DNA of 64,000 nucleotides from Lama glama (GCA_028534125.1 CM052816.1:51834001-51898000); one strand, 5' to 3'. Shown: positions 37,045 to 52,019, numbered from the stretch's first letter. Program-made: numbers and translations. The notes: generated by a model from the letters alone, not told the origin.

Positions 37045-38000
37045 AAGAAATAATTTTGTACCGAGCACCTCGTACGGACCAGGCATTCTTTTGGGTTGTG
37101 GGAACGGCAGAAATAAATAAATCAGGCTCCCTGACCTTGAGTCACTGAGCCCCGTTAGGCAGGGAGGTGAGGGAGGCAAACATAAACAAGTAAATCTCAT
37201 CCAGTGAAATGCAAAGCTAGGGCTGTCTGGAGAGGAGTGTGGGAAATGGAGGAGCAAGGGGCCTAGTCCAGAGGAGCTTCTGGAAAGAGTCGTGCCTACA
37301 CGGAACCCTAGAGGATGAGTAGGAGCTAGCCATGCTCTCCATCAAAGCAGAAGGGCATGTGCAGGGGGACAGAGTGGAAGGCATGGGGGACCCGGCAGCC
37401 ATCTGAGGAGCACAGGGGTCGGGAGAGACAAGGATGACAGGCGGGCAGGGCTCTCAAGGTCAGGCTGAGCAGCTGGGGCTGTATCATGAAGAGGAGGGAA
37501 AGCCACTGACAAAATTTTGTCAAAGAAAATGATAGAATTAGATTGGCCTTTGAGAGAAGTTATGTCCGTGACACTGTGTGAAGAATGGGTTGGGGGGCAG
37601 TGAGATGGGGTGAGGAGGAAAGTGAGTTAGGAGCTCTTGGAGAAAAAGATGAAGGTCAAATCAAGGTTATGGCTGTGGGAAAGTAGGGGAAAAGAAGGAT
37701 CTGAGACATACGTAGATTCAGGGTTCACTAAAATATTGTGGGGTGAGGGCGGAAGGAATAAGAAAGAGTCAAAGACGACCTCTAGATTCAACACTTGGGC
37801 AAGTGAGTGAATGGTGAGGCCATTACTCGAGACCAAGAACAGAGAACAAGCTGAAGAAGCAGGCTTGGCAGGTCTGAGAGGCGATGATGACGCCTTCCAC
37901 TTGCAACCTGGACACAGTGCAGATGGCCATGCAAGGAAGGACTCTGGGTCTGGAGCCTGGGATTGAACTTCTGATTTGAGTGTCTACTACGGCCCAAGTG
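37045..38000 (-). mobile_element. L2 LINE fragment
   Basis: Degenerate L2 3' sequence (gggaaagccactgacaaaatttt...aagagtcaaagacgacctctag...gaatggtgaggccatt). Confidence 0.65.
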
Positions 38001-38890
38001 TAAGTACAGCACAGGCCAGAAAAAAAGGGCATATGGTCCACAGCAGGGGCTGTGCTTCTCAGAGAGGGGCCTAGATGGTCAAGTGTCCCATCCCTTAGGA
38101 GGTAGTGGCATTGATGCTCATTATGTGGTAACAACCACTCTACATGTACCTTGTGCAAAGCACGGTCTTGGGAATTGACACCTTGTTTTGTACTTTGATT
38201 CTGGATGACAGATTCCTGGCAGTCTTTTTTTAAAAGAAAAACATCATTATTCCTTTTACTGTGGTTTAGTAGAACACGAAAGGGAACCTTCCTGGATAGG
38301 CCTGAAGACACTCCAACATCTGTGGTTCCAATGCAAGACTAAGACCACTAGAAGAGCACCAAAAGGGAGCTGGAGGGCCTAACAGCTGGAGGGGCTTACC
38401 ACTGGAGGAAGGCAGAGGGAGAGCTGGACTGGCAGCTGGTCCAGCTGCACACAGCCACAGCAGCACTGTGACTGCTCAGCGAGGTTCCCTTCCAACCCTG
38501 GAATGCATTTGTGCTGAACATTCAGTAGTGATGAGCAGCAACTGTATCAACCCAACCTGACCAGCACCAGCACCAGCAGGGGCCAGTGACACATGTGCCC
38601 TTGGAACCAGTCAATCTATAACAAGTCAATCTATGACCATGAAGAAATATTGATCATGATAAAAACAATAGCAGCTAACTATGTGCTACCTCTTACGTCT
38701 GAAAGGTAACTGGACACTATTACATCACTGTGAGCTCTTACAGGAGATTTAAGCTTTTTTTTTTTAAACATTCCACCAGTTTTGTTTAAAAAAAAAGACT
38801 TCTTTTAATTTAGAGAAGGAGTCTGAAGACCCTCATATTTACCTTCCTGTAACATGGCCCACCCAAGGCTTCATTTCTATGGTTACTCAC

Positions 38891-38975
38891 ATCATTGAAG
38901 TGTTGGCTGGTTTTCATAATGTAAGGTGTTCTTTCATTTTTATCCAGCTTCATCCACCCCTGCCCCAGAAATTCT
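38891..38975 (-). CDS. RASGRF2: RASGRF2 coding exon (exon 22), 85 nt
   Basis: [28 protein letters not shown]; cag|...|gtgagt. Confidence 0.96.
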
Positions 38976-40524
38976 CTGAAAGTTCAAAACAAAACACAAA
39001 ATCAATTAAGTTCATTCAGTGGTGTCTATGAAACTTGACATTGCCCGACACCTACTGCTGCCAACCTTCTCAAACGAATTTTAACTCAATTCTAGCATTT
39101 CACCACTTGATGCCAAGAAGAAAAAGATTTTTCAGTTTTCAGCTTTCTCTTATAAATGTTTGGAACTTTGTCCCTATTAGCATCATTATAAAGGCTTTTC
39201 TGAAACTGGAAAACGATGACAAGAGGAATAAAGAGGTTAAGTACTGACTCAGAAACTAAGACTATTTTCCCTGGGTCAGCTCAAATAATTCTTAAGCCTT
39301 AGCAGAATGCTTGAAAAATCCATCAATACCAAAAATGTTAATCAAGAACAGCATGTTTTCCTCCACTTTGTTCTGACATTTTCCAGGAGAATGTCAATTC
39401 CATGGGCAGGGACTTTCCTTTGTTCTCCCCAGAGCCCGGAGCAGTACACATGGTAAGGACCAAATGAACAAACGCTGTCATTAGCACTTTACAGCCCGTT
39501 CATGTGATGAAGGCAGTTACAGTGGTGGAAGCTCAGCCTGGTGGAAGGTCTGTCTTCCGAATAACATCCCTGCTCCTTCACTTCACTCATGAGCAGGTCA
39601 CCAGATCACAGCAAGCAATGGACCATCAGGCTGGGGTACTGTTCCCAACCTGCAAGACCACTGGACATAAAGGTGAGCTAGTTCCACGGATGAAAATAAC
39701 TGGCACATGTTCACACCAGCACAGAGGGGATGAGGAGGAGAGGTGAGAGGGGTCCTGGGAAAAGACCACACCAAGGGCAACCACAGAGGTTCAGGCTTTG
39801 CTCTTTCTCCTCCTCCACAGAGGCCATGCTCTCCTTCCTCCCGAACCCACACTGCACTAGTGGGTAGTCAGGAGGTGAGGGAAGAGGCAGTGGTCTCTAA
39901 CTCAAGTCATCAGTAGTCACTGGGTTCATTCCCACAGCCAAGGGGCTACATGCCTTTTTTCCCTCTCATGTTCATGGATAGGTCTATGAGTGTGGAAAGA
40001 GGGGGAGGGAAAGAAGATAAAATGCATAGAAGTCTGCAGGAGAGGAGCATCCTCTGGTCCTGCCCCTACATCTCTCAGACATGGCTGTAGCTCCGATCAC
40101 CCACCCCCCTACGCCTGAGCCTCCATCATCATGATGTCCTCTCCTCTACATGTGACACGGACCACACTCATATGTCTTGCCCAGCCCCTCCTGTACCTTC
40201 CATTTAGTTACTATTTCACAGAGGACTTGTGCCAATGGTTGTTATTTGTCCAAACGAAGGCCTTGTTTGTGGAGGTGCTGATTATGACAGAAGGACGGGG
40301 CTTAAAGGGTTCCCTTACTCTACACATGAGGCAGTTAAAAGGCAGCAGTGACAGAGGCTCATTATGTGACAGGGCTCACTCAGCATACACTTACTTCACG
40401 CGTACTCTGTGCAAGGGACTGTGTGGGAAGTCTACACTGCCGTGGAGTCTCGAAGATCAGCCACATCTGCTGATTAATGAAAGTGGGTAAAAAATTGCAG
40501 CAGAATTTACAGCATTTATCCAAT

Positions 40525-40690
40525 ATCAGGGTTTCTTAAAGTGTAGTCTTCGACCATACAGAATTATCTGGCATTCCTGTTGAAAATGAAGTTTCCTGGA
40601 CCTCAAACCTACTGGAATCAGCATCTCTGAGGGGGGGTACCTAGGAATGTACATTTTTAACAATTTCCCAAATAATTTTAGGCTGTGTGG
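40525..40690. mobile_element. MER5-family MITE
   Basis: cagggtttcttaaagtgtagt...cctactggaatcagcatctctg...catttttaacaa. Confidence 0.65.
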
Positions 40691-40937
40691 AGCTTTCTGT
40701 GACACGAGGATGTGAGAACACAGAGAAATTCACATTCTATGGGAACAGCAGTACGTACAGAAACACAAAAGTGACCACCTTGAGAGTCTCCAATATTTCC
40801 AACATAAACTGGAACCAAAAGACATTCAAGTGGGGCCAAGCCATCGTAAGATTAAGACTCACACCTCTGTGCACACACACCAGCTTAGGAATATGTCAAC
40901 TGTAAGCCAGCAGGTCCCGCCCGAGGGCAGCACTCAC

Positions 40938-41041
40938 TCGTAGGGAATGCTTCTGAAAACGATGTGGTCCAGGAGGGTGATCTGCTCGGCCAGCTCCATG
41001 GCTGACAGGGTCTCAAAGCACTCAGCCTTCGGACAGTCCGC
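40938..41041 (-). CDS. RASGRF2: RASGRF2 coding exon (exon 21), 104 nt
   Basis: [34 protein letters not shown] (start of the CDC25 domain); cag|...|gtgagt. Confidence 0.96.
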
Positions 41042-41351
41042 CTGCAAGAGATGAGGGCAGGGACTGAAACACACCTGGAGGCGAGGTGCCCAGCAGCTCA
41101 CTGCAGTTGCTGGAGGACAGAGTCCATCACAGATTCCAGCGATGACAGAAAGGGCAGAAAGCTCAGAACCAGCAGCCAACGCTGACAGCACAGACCCACC
41201 GCGAAACTCCAGGCCACATCGGGTTCATCTCACAGTTTCATCCACAGAATATGCTGTCCAGCACCCAGTTATCAGTCATCGGCACAGTGCTTGCCTTTGA
41301 GAGGTAAGTTTTGCATACAGCCGTGCTGGAGAAGACCGTGGCTGCACTTAC

Positions 41352-41412
41352 CAGTTGAATTATATCCTCTAGTTTTAGGTGGATGTCATCTTGGTCATCT
41401 TGTGAAAGGGCC
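41352..41412 (-). CDS. RASGRF2: RASGRF2 coding exon (exon 20), 61 nt
   Basis: ALSQDDQDDIHLKLEDIIQL; tag|...|gtaagt; first base completes a split codon. Confidence 0.95.
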
Positions 41413-42274
41413 CTAGAAAAAAAGTCCAAATACCCTCCATGAGAGGAAAATAGGCATGCCAGGAATTGAATGACAAGGTGCAGTTCAGTTTTCCCTGGGT
41501 GGAACGTTGGAGGGTTTGGGTCTGTGAGGCTGTGGAGACGTGAGCTGCAGACAGGAGGTGGGGGAAATGGAAAAACACACGTTAAAGGCACAGAAGGATC
41601 ATCAGGAGAGCTGACTTCTAACCAGGAGCCTACCTGTTACATGCAAGGTTGTAAATAAAACACCACCAGGGAAGTGAGGCTGAGGGCTAGCTGGTGCTTT
41701 GCGTGGCTGCGAGGATCTATGCCATGAATTCGGGCGCCCTGCACTGCTATCAGTAAAGGTCTCTAACAGGCCGAGTGCCCCATCCCCGCTCCTCAAGCCC
41801 CCACCCAGCCTTTCCCTGCTGTTGCTGAGAAGAAGACGCAGAGCTGCCCTCCCCACGCATATGTGGACCAGAAGCTCAGGGGAGTTCCTAGGCAGCAGGA
41901 GTTCAAATGACGGTAGAAGCCAGCAGGTAAACGTGACCCCTCTGCTTCCCAGAGGGACTTTCCTGAGACACATTTGGTACTGTATCCCCACACTTGGTGT
42001 CACTCAGCTCTCAATAAATACTTTTTTTGATCAGTGACAAATGAATAAATACATAAGTTAAAGTGGATGCTGGATTCACAGTGGGAGTGATACTTCATGT
42101 CCAACAGAAGTTCAGAGTCCAGGAGGATTATCCTGACTATATAGCTTGCCAGCTGGGCCAAGCATTTTAAGTTTCACAAAATGAAGGCATAATCACATAT
42201 TAAAGGTATTAAGATATTTAAACAGCGCCCAACCATGTAGCCTGTATGCTGGAAAACATTAGTTTTTTAAAAAA

Positions 42275-42865
42275 TAATGACTCAGCAGTTTCACTCCTGG
42301 GTATATATCTGAAATAAAAACAAAAATTTGAAAAGATACACACACCCCAATGTTCCTAGCAGCATTATTTATAATTGCCAAGATATGGAAGCAACATAAG
42401 TGTTCATCAACAGATGAATGGATAAAGAAGATGTTTTATATATACACACACACACACAAATATACACACTGGAATACTACTTAGCCATAAAAAGAACAAA
42501 ATTTTGCCATTGCAGCAACATGGTTGGACTTGGAGGGCACTGTGCTAAGTGAAAGAGAAAGACAAATACTGTATGATATCACTTATATGTGGAATCTAAA
42601 AAACACAACAAACTAATGAACAAAACAAACAAACCAAAAAACAGATTCACAGATATAAAGAACAAACCAGTGGTTAACAGTGGCAGGGGAGGGGCACTAG
42701 ACAGGTGGGGAGTGGGAGGTACAAACTATTAGGTGTAAGACAGGATCAAGGATGTATTGTACAGCAAGGGGAATATAGCCAGTATTTTGTAATAACTGTA
42801 AATGGAAAGTAACCTTTAAAAATTGTATGAAAAATAATAAATAAGTAAATAAATATTATAAAAAG
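42275..42865 (+). mobile_element. L1 3' end (5'-truncated)
   Basis: cagcagtttcactcctgggtatatatc...cagatgaatggataaagaag...gggaatatagcc...A-rich tail. Confidence 0.85.
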
Positions 42866-45800
42866 AAATCTCCACCTAAAAAAGGAAGTAATTATGTGAT
42901 GTTCTATTGTGTTCTGAATTGGTTAAAACAAAACTATCACCCTCAAAAATACAACATCAACAGAGTTGGGTAACAGTGTGCCCATTACACGCCAGGCATG
43001 TGCTAACCATTTGACACACACGCTCTCCTGTATCATTAAAAAACCCTTCCAAGTTAGCATCATTACCTCCATTTTATAGATGAGGAAACAAGCTCAAAGA
43101 AATGGACCAACTTGCCCGGGGTTTGGTCCCATTGTGCTTTCCAGTTGCTCTCGCTTGTCTTCAGCAGGCTAATGAAAGGCACGTCTTCAAGGGTCCAGCG
43201 TAGAACACACATCAAAAAAGTCAGTTCTCTTTCCTCCATCTTCCTCCTCTCTAACAAAAGCTCTTGGCTGTTTACCAGGGAGCAGAACCCTTCTAGACTA
43301 CAGGAGTGGCAATCCCCTTGACTGCAATTAGCCATACCATTTGTGAGCCGAAAAAGTCATCCCATGGCAAAGGGCAGGACTAAGGTGAGGGAACAACAAC
43401 ACAACTCTTTCTCCAGAGACTGTTACATCACACACAGGGGAAAGTGGCCCTTCCCCAAGAGCATGTCATTCTTTCTACTGTAGTCTAGGTTCTTGAAAGA
43501 GAGCTCAGTGGTCATATAACCATGTGTGCCCATGGAAAAGATCTTTTTTATGAGGCTGGGCAACATTCTACTCTTGGAAAGAAACGGTCCAGAAGTTATT
43601 TAGCTTCTATCAAATGTTCCTCTCCTCAGTGATCTTACCCTAATGTTCCAAGGTACTTCTGATCCCATTAACTTACCTAACTTTTCTCCCTTCAAGAGAG
43701 TCTGCTCTATAAATCAAAATAAATGCTCTCTCTTTTGGAAAGGTTCCCTTAGGACAAGAGTTTGTAACCCTTTACAGTATCACTAAATATACTCTGGGGG
43801 GTCCACGAACTTTTTTGAAATGATATGCAAATGTATGCATATATTCAGATGTTCATTTTTCTGGGAGGAGAGAGCTTCCGTCATATTCTTCTGGAGATCT
43901 GTGACCTCCAACAAGGTTAAAAAAAATAACTACAGAAATGTCTACTCTAATGCCAGTGACACTGTCATTTTACGGAAGATTTTTAGTACCGTTAGCGAGG
44001 AGCCAGCTACAGAATTTGATGCCCACCCATGAGTTCATCAGTGATGGCAATTCTTGAATTCTTGAGGTAGATCTGACTTGAGGAAATAGCTTCAAACAAT
44101 CTAGAGATGTACTTAATTCATGAGGAGGACGATCAGCTGTCAAAAAAACACCTGGCACCAAAATTAGAAGTGATTATGAAGTATAACATTGAATGGATGA
44201 TTTCCTATCTTTGAAAACATTTTCAAGCCAGGAGGTGAACAAAATCCAACTAGTAAGAGAGGTGGCTGGCCCCTGACTACTACTTAGAGTAGCGGCAAGA
44301 GGTCATTTTGGTGTAAACGTTCTAATGGGTCTGAACAAAGTAAACGCTATGCATTAACACCTACACGTAAAATATTCCTGCTCTGTAACGTATAAACTCC
44401 ACATGTGAGTCCCTTAGTTTGACATAAAAGTTGCACAGAAACACAGCCACCTGGATTTCCTTCGATTCTTGTAAACTGAGTTGATTAAACCAAGCAACCT
44501 TTACTCTTCAACATTGTAAAATGATTATAAATCAATAAAAAATGTTAAAAAAAAAAACGAGCAAAACATTTACCCTGGCCTGTCCATTTGAATAGCTGGT
44601 TTATTGTGTGCAACAATTTGAATAAAATAGTTTTTCTTCAAAAACAAAAAAGTCTCCTGATGCTGTTGGGGGCTGTGGGAGGTTTGTGGGTCCTCTTTTC
44701 ACGACCTGAACCCATTACAGTTGACCACCCAGGAAGTCAATGGTTTCTTTTCATTCTGTGGCACTTTAGTTGTCTATAAAAAATTATGCCACATTGATTC
44801 AGAAGCCAGCTAGCCAGACAACGCTGGAGGGGGGTGGTATTTTAGAAATATGAAAGTCTTGGGCAGAGGTTTTCATTCACAAACAGGGCCACAAGCTACC
44901 TACACCCATCAAGCTTCTTCATCATAAAGTAACCCCTGTGAGACTGTGTGAGGCAGAGATGGTTCATCTCAGAGAGCTTTCACTTGACTGTATTAATGTA
45001 ATATATGTTTAAATACATGGAAGATTAAATCTTAAATGTCAGGGCTATTTCTTTTTAATTTCTCACAATCCTAACCTGTCTTCAGTGGGAGGTATGTTCA
45101 GAAATGTTGCCTTCAGATGTGAAGGCCTCTCTAACTCTGGTCCCATTCCAGCAGAGGATGGATTTGCTTCTAGTCTGCTGACTACCTTAGAATTTGATGA
45201 AGACTCCAGGATCCCAGGTTCCCCCAACACTTATCAGTAAGTATGATCAGTTTAATATTTGTGCATTTATAATGAAATACCAGATAAAAATCTTGAAAGG
45301 AAACAGGGTTATCCAAGTTCTATAACTAGAACATTTTTTCCTTCCCTTGGGGAAATGATTATGTAGTCATAAAAACAGAGCCAAGAGCAACTGGCCTCTG
45401 TCCTTGAATTGGCCGTACCCTCTGGGCTGCCGGCCTGCTACTGTGCCTGGCTGGCCTGGGCCCACGGCAGGGCCTGCCTCAGACTCTGCTCCTCCACACC
45501 TTGCAAATGGCTCAGTCTCCTGTTGCTTCCGGGACCTGCCAGGCCAGCTCTGCCTTCCTATGCTTTCTCAAGCATGGCTTTCCTTTCTTCCAGGCTTACT
45601 TGAGTCCGTTACTACCTGTGCTGGGGCAGGTTTTTAAAAAGGCAGATGTCCATAAATGCACAGAAACATTTAATACTAAATGCTCCCGTTTTTGGCTGAA
45701 CATAATTCCCTGTTTGTTTCCAAGTTAAGAAATGAAGTAACAGGAAAATCATTATAATTTTCAGGGTTGTTAAATAATCCTTTCAATTTCTGTTTCTTTC

Positions 45801-46849
45801 TCACATACTCCATGATTTTTTTTTCCACAAAGAGATTTCATGAATGATAACATTCCTTCAGTCAGTGGTCTCCCTAGGTCTTAATTCCTACTTTACATTC
45901 TAATCATTCTAAAAATCTATGATTTTTAAAAACATAAATTTTATATCTATTAACAGAAGTACCTGGTGTGGAAAATTATCAACCCCTCCCCCAAATTAAT
46001 GTGTCATTGATCCCTCATATGATCACAGTCTCCTGTGCTGGGGCAGGGACTCTCAAACATAGTGTAGGTGGAATGAATTGCTTGGCAGGAGAAAGTCAAT
46101 CAAATATCAGTTGTTTTCTTGCACCAGGGCTTTTTGCACAAAACTATTTATTGGTTTGTCAGGAAGATCAGTCAGTGCCCCAGAGACTCAGCTGACCCAA
46201 ACTAGGACTCTGGGTCTGGCTGTCTGCTCAGGTGATGGGCCAATGAGCCCACTGGTATCTGTCTGCTTTGGTTGATATGTTTAGGGGTAAACATATTCTG
46301 TTTTGTTTTGGCCTCATGGGAAGAAAGATGGTCAGAGATGGGAGAATGGATGGGGTAAAATAACATCTATTGTCTGCTTGGCTCTGTGCGTGGCTTTTGA
46401 ATTCTTATGGTGAAAGCTGCGGAAACAGGAAAGATGTGGAAAGAGCTGTTTTCACGAGAAACAGACTCTGGGTTGGGTGAGGATGATCACAGGGATGGGC
46501 AGGTGGCATCTTTCTCAGCTTTTTGATAGGGAAATGGTGGCTTCACAAGACTGTCAAGCAACATGCTCCATAGAAACAGTGATGGCAATGGTAAGGTCTC
46601 TCCTTCAAGCGACCTGGGGGCGGTGAGCTTGAATAAAGATACTAAGGCAGAAAAATGACTGGGTTTGTTCCTGAGCACAGATTCCTTGGGACTTTTAGGA
46701 CACTTGGGAAGACTTTGCAGGGGACTAGAATTCCGGGTGGGAAGCTGGGTGCACCCCATCAGTGGAATTGCTTTTTTGTTTTATTTTTGACTTCTTTTTT
46801 CTTTTACAAATAGCAGCAAGTAGGTTATGACTGACTGACTGGGTGGGGG

Positions 46850-47120
46850 GTTGGTAACAACCTTATTGAGATATAATTCACATACCAAACAATCCACCCA
46901 CTTAAAGTGTACATCTGAATATTTTTTGAATTGTATTCACTTATTCATTCATTCATTTATTCACTTAATATTGTTTTGCAATATTCAGTTAGTTTTTTAA
47001 ATTGAAGTATAGTTGATTTACAATATTGTGTTAGTTTCAGGTGTATAGCATTAGGGATTCAGTAGTTTTGCAGATCATATTCCATTACAGGTTATTAACA
47101 TTATTATAATCTCTTTTCTA
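46850..47120 (-). mobile_element. Short L1 3'-terminal fragments
   Basis: ttattgagatataattcacatacc... and ttttttaaattgaagtatagttgatttacaatattgtgttagtttcagg. Confidence 0.7.
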
Positions 47121-47327
47121 TAGAAAAGGTGATGAGGCCTGAGGAAAGTTGAGTCTGACTAAGATCTAGCCTGGTTTTATCTGGGCTGTATCGCCACGAT
47201 GGCAGAAACTATTTTTCCCAAGAGTTACTGTCAGTGCTTCCTACCAACACCAACTTAGCAATAATCTGAGTGCTAATTATGTTTCAGGCATTGTGTTAAC
47301 CTCTTTACATATATTATATCATGTAAT

Positions 47328-47827
47328 NNNNNNNNNNNNNNNNNNNNNNNNNNNNNNNNNNNNNNNNNNNNNNNNNNNNNNNNNNNNNNNNNNNNNNNNN
47401 NNNNNNNNNNNNNNNNNNNNNNNNNNNNNNNNNNNNNNNNNNNNNNNNNNNNNNNNNNNNNNNNNNNNNNNNNNNNNNNNNNNNNNNNNNNNNNNNNNNN
47501 NNNNNNNNNNNNNNNNNNNNNNNNNNNNNNNNNNNNNNNNNNNNNNNNNNNNNNNNNNNNNNNNNNNNNNNNNNNNNNNNNNNNNNNNNNNNNNNNNNNN
47601 NNNNNNNNNNNNNNNNNNNNNNNNNNNNNNNNNNNNNNNNNNNNNNNNNNNNNNNNNNNNNNNNNNNNNNNNNNNNNNNNNNNNNNNNNNNNNNNNNNNN
47701 NNNNNNNNNNNNNNNNNNNNNNNNNNNNNNNNNNNNNNNNNNNNNNNNNNNNNNNNNNNNNNNNNNNNNNNNNNNNNNNNNNNNNNNNNNNNNNNNNNNN
47801 NNNNNNNNNNNNNNNNNNNNNNNNNNN
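47328..47827. other. Assembly gap (exactly 500 N)
   Basis: Run of 500 N; the round number suggests a placeholder of unknown true size. Confidence 0.99.
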
Positions 47828-48614
47828 ATATGGACGGGAAAGCCCCCCTCGGCAGCCTGGGAGAAGCGGGTGTAGACAAGGAGGGGGCTGAGCCCAAGGA
47901 CAGGTCTGAGCTGGAAGCAGGCCGAGAGCGGTCATTGCGGCGACAGGAGCTGCCTGCTCAGTAGCTGGTTCTTTCTTAGACATTTCATTCTCCCACCCAC
48001 AACAGAAGTCTGTACCAGGCTCAACCTGGCCCAGCCTCCATTTCAGATTTGGAGCAAAGCAGAAATCTGAACTTAGTGCTCTGGTTTGATGCTGGATTTT
48101 GTGCTTTACTAAGCAATGCCAAAAAATTAGAAAAATTTAAAAGGGCTCCCTGTCATCTGTCAAAACAACAAACAGAAAAGATGAACTGAAAAACTCTCAG
48201 TTTAGGACACCCTGATCCCTGAGATCTTCGAACACACTAAGTACAGACCATCACAGCAACACCTGCTCTTCCACCTAAATTAGTCAACAGGGCATTTTCC
48301 CAGTGTACCGCTGGCCTGGGGCTGCGGGCCCAAAGCCCAGACTTAAGGATGCTCACTGTGTTCCCTAACTGGGAAAAAGCCATCATCTTCTCTTTGAGAG
48401 TTATGCGCTCAACACCAACGTTACATAAAGGGTTTGCTTTTGTCTGCATAAACCCAATATAGGTGTGTCCCTCGTCAGCAGGCTTACTGGGGCCATAGCA
48501 AGGACCACCCACCAGGTTCCTGTTTGGGAGGAGTGGGGCACAGCAGGGGTGGAGGAATCCTGAGCCAGACGTCAGAGAGCTGGGTCCGGCTCGCTGCTGA
48601 ACTTCTGAGTGGTC

Positions 48615-48812
48615 TACCACTGTGCTGTTCCACTGTAGCCAGTAGTCACATTTCAATTAAATTCAATTAAATAACACTACAATTTCCATTTTTTGACTAC
48701 GCTGGCTACAGTTCACGTGCTCCATCAGCCACATGTGACTAGAGGCTACTATCCTGGACACCACAGATACAGAACACTTCCCCCCATTACTGAAAGCTCA
48801 CTGGGCGGTGCT
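48615..48812. mobile_element. MER3-like hAT-Charlie MITE
   Basis: agccacatgtgactagaggctactatcctggaca...cagaacacttcc...tgaaag. Confidence 0.65.
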
Positions 48813-50984
48813 GAGAGCACCTCCTTGAGACCGAGTCGCTTCCCTGGTCAAACAGGGGTTTAGCCCAGATCCCTCCCCCTTCACAGGGCTCCACCCAGAG
48901 CAGCCGTCCACACTGTTCCGAGCATCCATGTGTACTGGTCACTCTGACAGGCATTACCTCCCAATCAGGAGGAGGAATAGGTGATTTCCGCCCACACTTT
49001 CTGGAAGAATGGAGGCCTGGAGTTGCTAAGGAGTTTGCTCAGCCACACCCTGACAAACAGTAGGGCAGGGGTTTCAATCCAGACAACTCTGACGCTCAAG
49101 CTGGTGCCCTTAACCACATTCCCATCACTTTTCTAGCAAGATTCTGAAGGCCTGTCCACTCGGGAACCCATGCTACACGGACAGACTGGCCTGGGTTCAG
49201 CTCCCACGAGGGTTTCTCGAGGTGTAAGAACTTCACCTCAGCTTCTACGAGAGACAACAGAGTGGGGTTGAGAGGGCTGCTAATTCTTGTCTTACACTCC
49301 AAACTACGTTCAGGAAGGGTTTGGAATATATATTTTAAATTAAAAGACTAATAGGGTCTGTGTGAGTGTGTGTATACGTTTCTATAATAAAGTACACATA
49401 AAACCCTCTTATAAATGTATACATATATACACCCTTGTAAATATAAATTTAAAATATATATTTATATTTATAGGGGTGTATGTATGTTAAAAGTATTATA
49501 CATAATGTTAAAAATAAAAGAACAGAACTGAGGGAAATAACTGTAAATTGGCAGATAATGGGCTTTATCCTGAATATATAAAAAACATATCATATCAATA
49601 AGAACAATACAAAAACTAATAAAAAAAATCTGAGCAATGCCCAGGAAGAGGGGCATTGACTGGGAGGGGCCTCCCCGGTGCTACAAATGTTCCATTTCTC
49701 GGTCAGGGTGGTAGCTGTACAGGTGTGTACAGAGGTAAAAAGTTACTGGGTTATACCCATGTTTGGTGCTCTTTATGTGAAGTATGTAATATCACAACAA
49801 AATGCAATAAAGCATATAAATGAACATATAAACTAATAAGTTCTTCAGCAGCAGCTAAATATGCTCTCTTTGTTCATACACACCATAAGTGTAAGAGGAC
49901 TGGAGTGAGTTTGAAGCATAACAGCTGAGTTATTTTGAAAAAATTCTGTGGAACTGCTCTGCCAAGATGACCCACACTTCCTGTACCGTAAACAATAACG
50001 AAATCATCAGGCATGGGTACTGCTTCTCAGCACTCACATTAAACTGCTCAGTATGGCATCCTTCCCCACCCGGCATGCAGTTTAGGGCAGGCACTGAAGT
50101 CTTCCAGAACCTTTAGTTACAAGAACAGTCTCGTCAATCAAAATGTCCAGCCCAATACATTGATCAAAGTTCCAGTGCAGTCCAGAAGAAGCCACTTCCC
50201 TCCTGCCCCTGCCTCGCCCACCTCAAGCCTGGAAGCCCACGTGGGAGGCCCCTCTTCTCCCTGCACCACCTCCTCCCCAGGTTCTTGCCATCACTGCTGA
50301 CCCTCCAGGGAGAGAAGGCAGCCGGACGAGCTGGTGCAGGTGGAGCCCAGCCCTGGTTCCCTCTGGACATGACGGATGGGACAGTGGCTAGCTCCTCCTC
50401 TTGTGGGGTACTTGGTGGGATTTTTGGAGACCTCTCTTACGGAGACTTCAGGCCTCATGACCCTGACTTGGGCAATGTCTGCTTCTCCCTCACGCTCACA
50501 CCCATCCCGGTGTCTGTTACACTCCAGTGCTCAGCTCTCACTAGTGAATGAATGAAGGGGTGAGAAACAGAAAAGAGAGTAGCTATATTCTCTCCATAAA
50601 CTCTTTTGGGAAGGATACTTTTATGCTGGCAGGTCCTTGTGAGTTGATCAGACACTTTTAAAACATTTCCCTTAGCCTACAATTAAGAAATGAATGACTG
50701 TTTCATTCTCAGCTACTTGTCACTCAGACGGAACCCAGAGTCTGATGAAGAGTCATAACCTGCGGACACAGCTGCAGACTCCCTTATCAGCGCCTTTCCG
50801 TGGTCCGTAAAATCCCCCAAGCAAGTGGACAGAGTACTTTTTCAAAACTAGCTGATCAATAAGACAACTCATGAAAATCCAAATTGCTACAGATTGTAGA
50901 CACAAGTCCTTCCACAGAGATTCGAGTGTAGATCTGAGTTGTTTACAGCAGCCTCAAAGCCCCTCCCCCGCCTGGCTGTACACA

Positions 50985-51570
50985 GAGGACAAGAGCAGAA
51001 ACGCTGATATGAAAAAACACATGCACCCCAGTGTTCAGCACTATTTACAATTCCCAGGATGTGGAAGCAAACTAAGTGTCCATCAACAGATGAATGGCTA
51101 AAGCAGAGGGGGTGTGTATATACAATGGACTATGACTCAACCATAAAAATAAGAAAATTTTACCATTTTCAACATGGACAAAGTTGAAGCGCATTAAGCT
51201 AAGTGAAATAAGTCAGACAGAAAGACAAATATTGCATGATCTCATCCATATGTGGAATCTAAAAAATATAACAAATGACTGAATATAATAAAAAAAAGAA
51301 GCAGACTCACAGATACAGAGAACAAACCAGCAGGGAAAGGGAAGGGGAAGGGGCAACATAGGGATAGAGGATTAAGAAGCACAAACTATCATGTATAAAA
51401 TAAGCTACAAGGATATATGGTATAACAGAGGGAATGTAGCCAATATTTTATAATAACTATAAATAGAGTATTATAACTTTTAAAATTGTGAATCACTATA
51501 TTGTATACCTGTAACATAAAATATTGTACACCAACTATACTTCAATAAAAAGCTTTTTTTAAAAAAGCTC
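50985..51570 (+). mobile_element. L1 3' end
   Basis: aaactaagtgtccatcaacagatgaatgg...tgtggaatctaaaaaa...caactatacttcaataaaaa. Confidence 0.85.
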
Positions 51571-52019
51571 TGCAGCCCTGAAACCTGCAGACACCTTGGC
51601 ATCGTGGGAATGACATGTGAGGCCACTTAGCAGGAGACCCTCGAGAAGGCTGTGAACGCTTAGTGAAAACACTTCCTTTAACTCAGCCCTGATTTCTGGC
51701 CCAATAGTCATTGGAGTCTTTGTCTTGGCTGACTTTAGAAATTTTAAAGGCTAGAATCCTCTCCTGGAGAGAATGAACAACAGCAACATTAAAATGTAAA
51801 CCTGGCAACTATTACTGGGCATCTACCATGTACTCAGCATTGCAGAGCCCGGTGACGGGAGATACAAAGATGAATGAGACAGGCCCTGTCTGGAAGGAGC
51901 TCCCGGGCTGGTTGGAGGGAGAGGAAATATGCCTCTCTCCTGTCCTCAGCTGGAAGGGGTACAGTCACACACACCTGTATTGTGCTTTCTGTCCTTCACG
52001 CTTCTTTTTTAAGGAGGAG

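Noticed and set aside
47273..47983. The three longest ORFs (192-236 aa)
   Set aside because: Artefacts of translating the N gap
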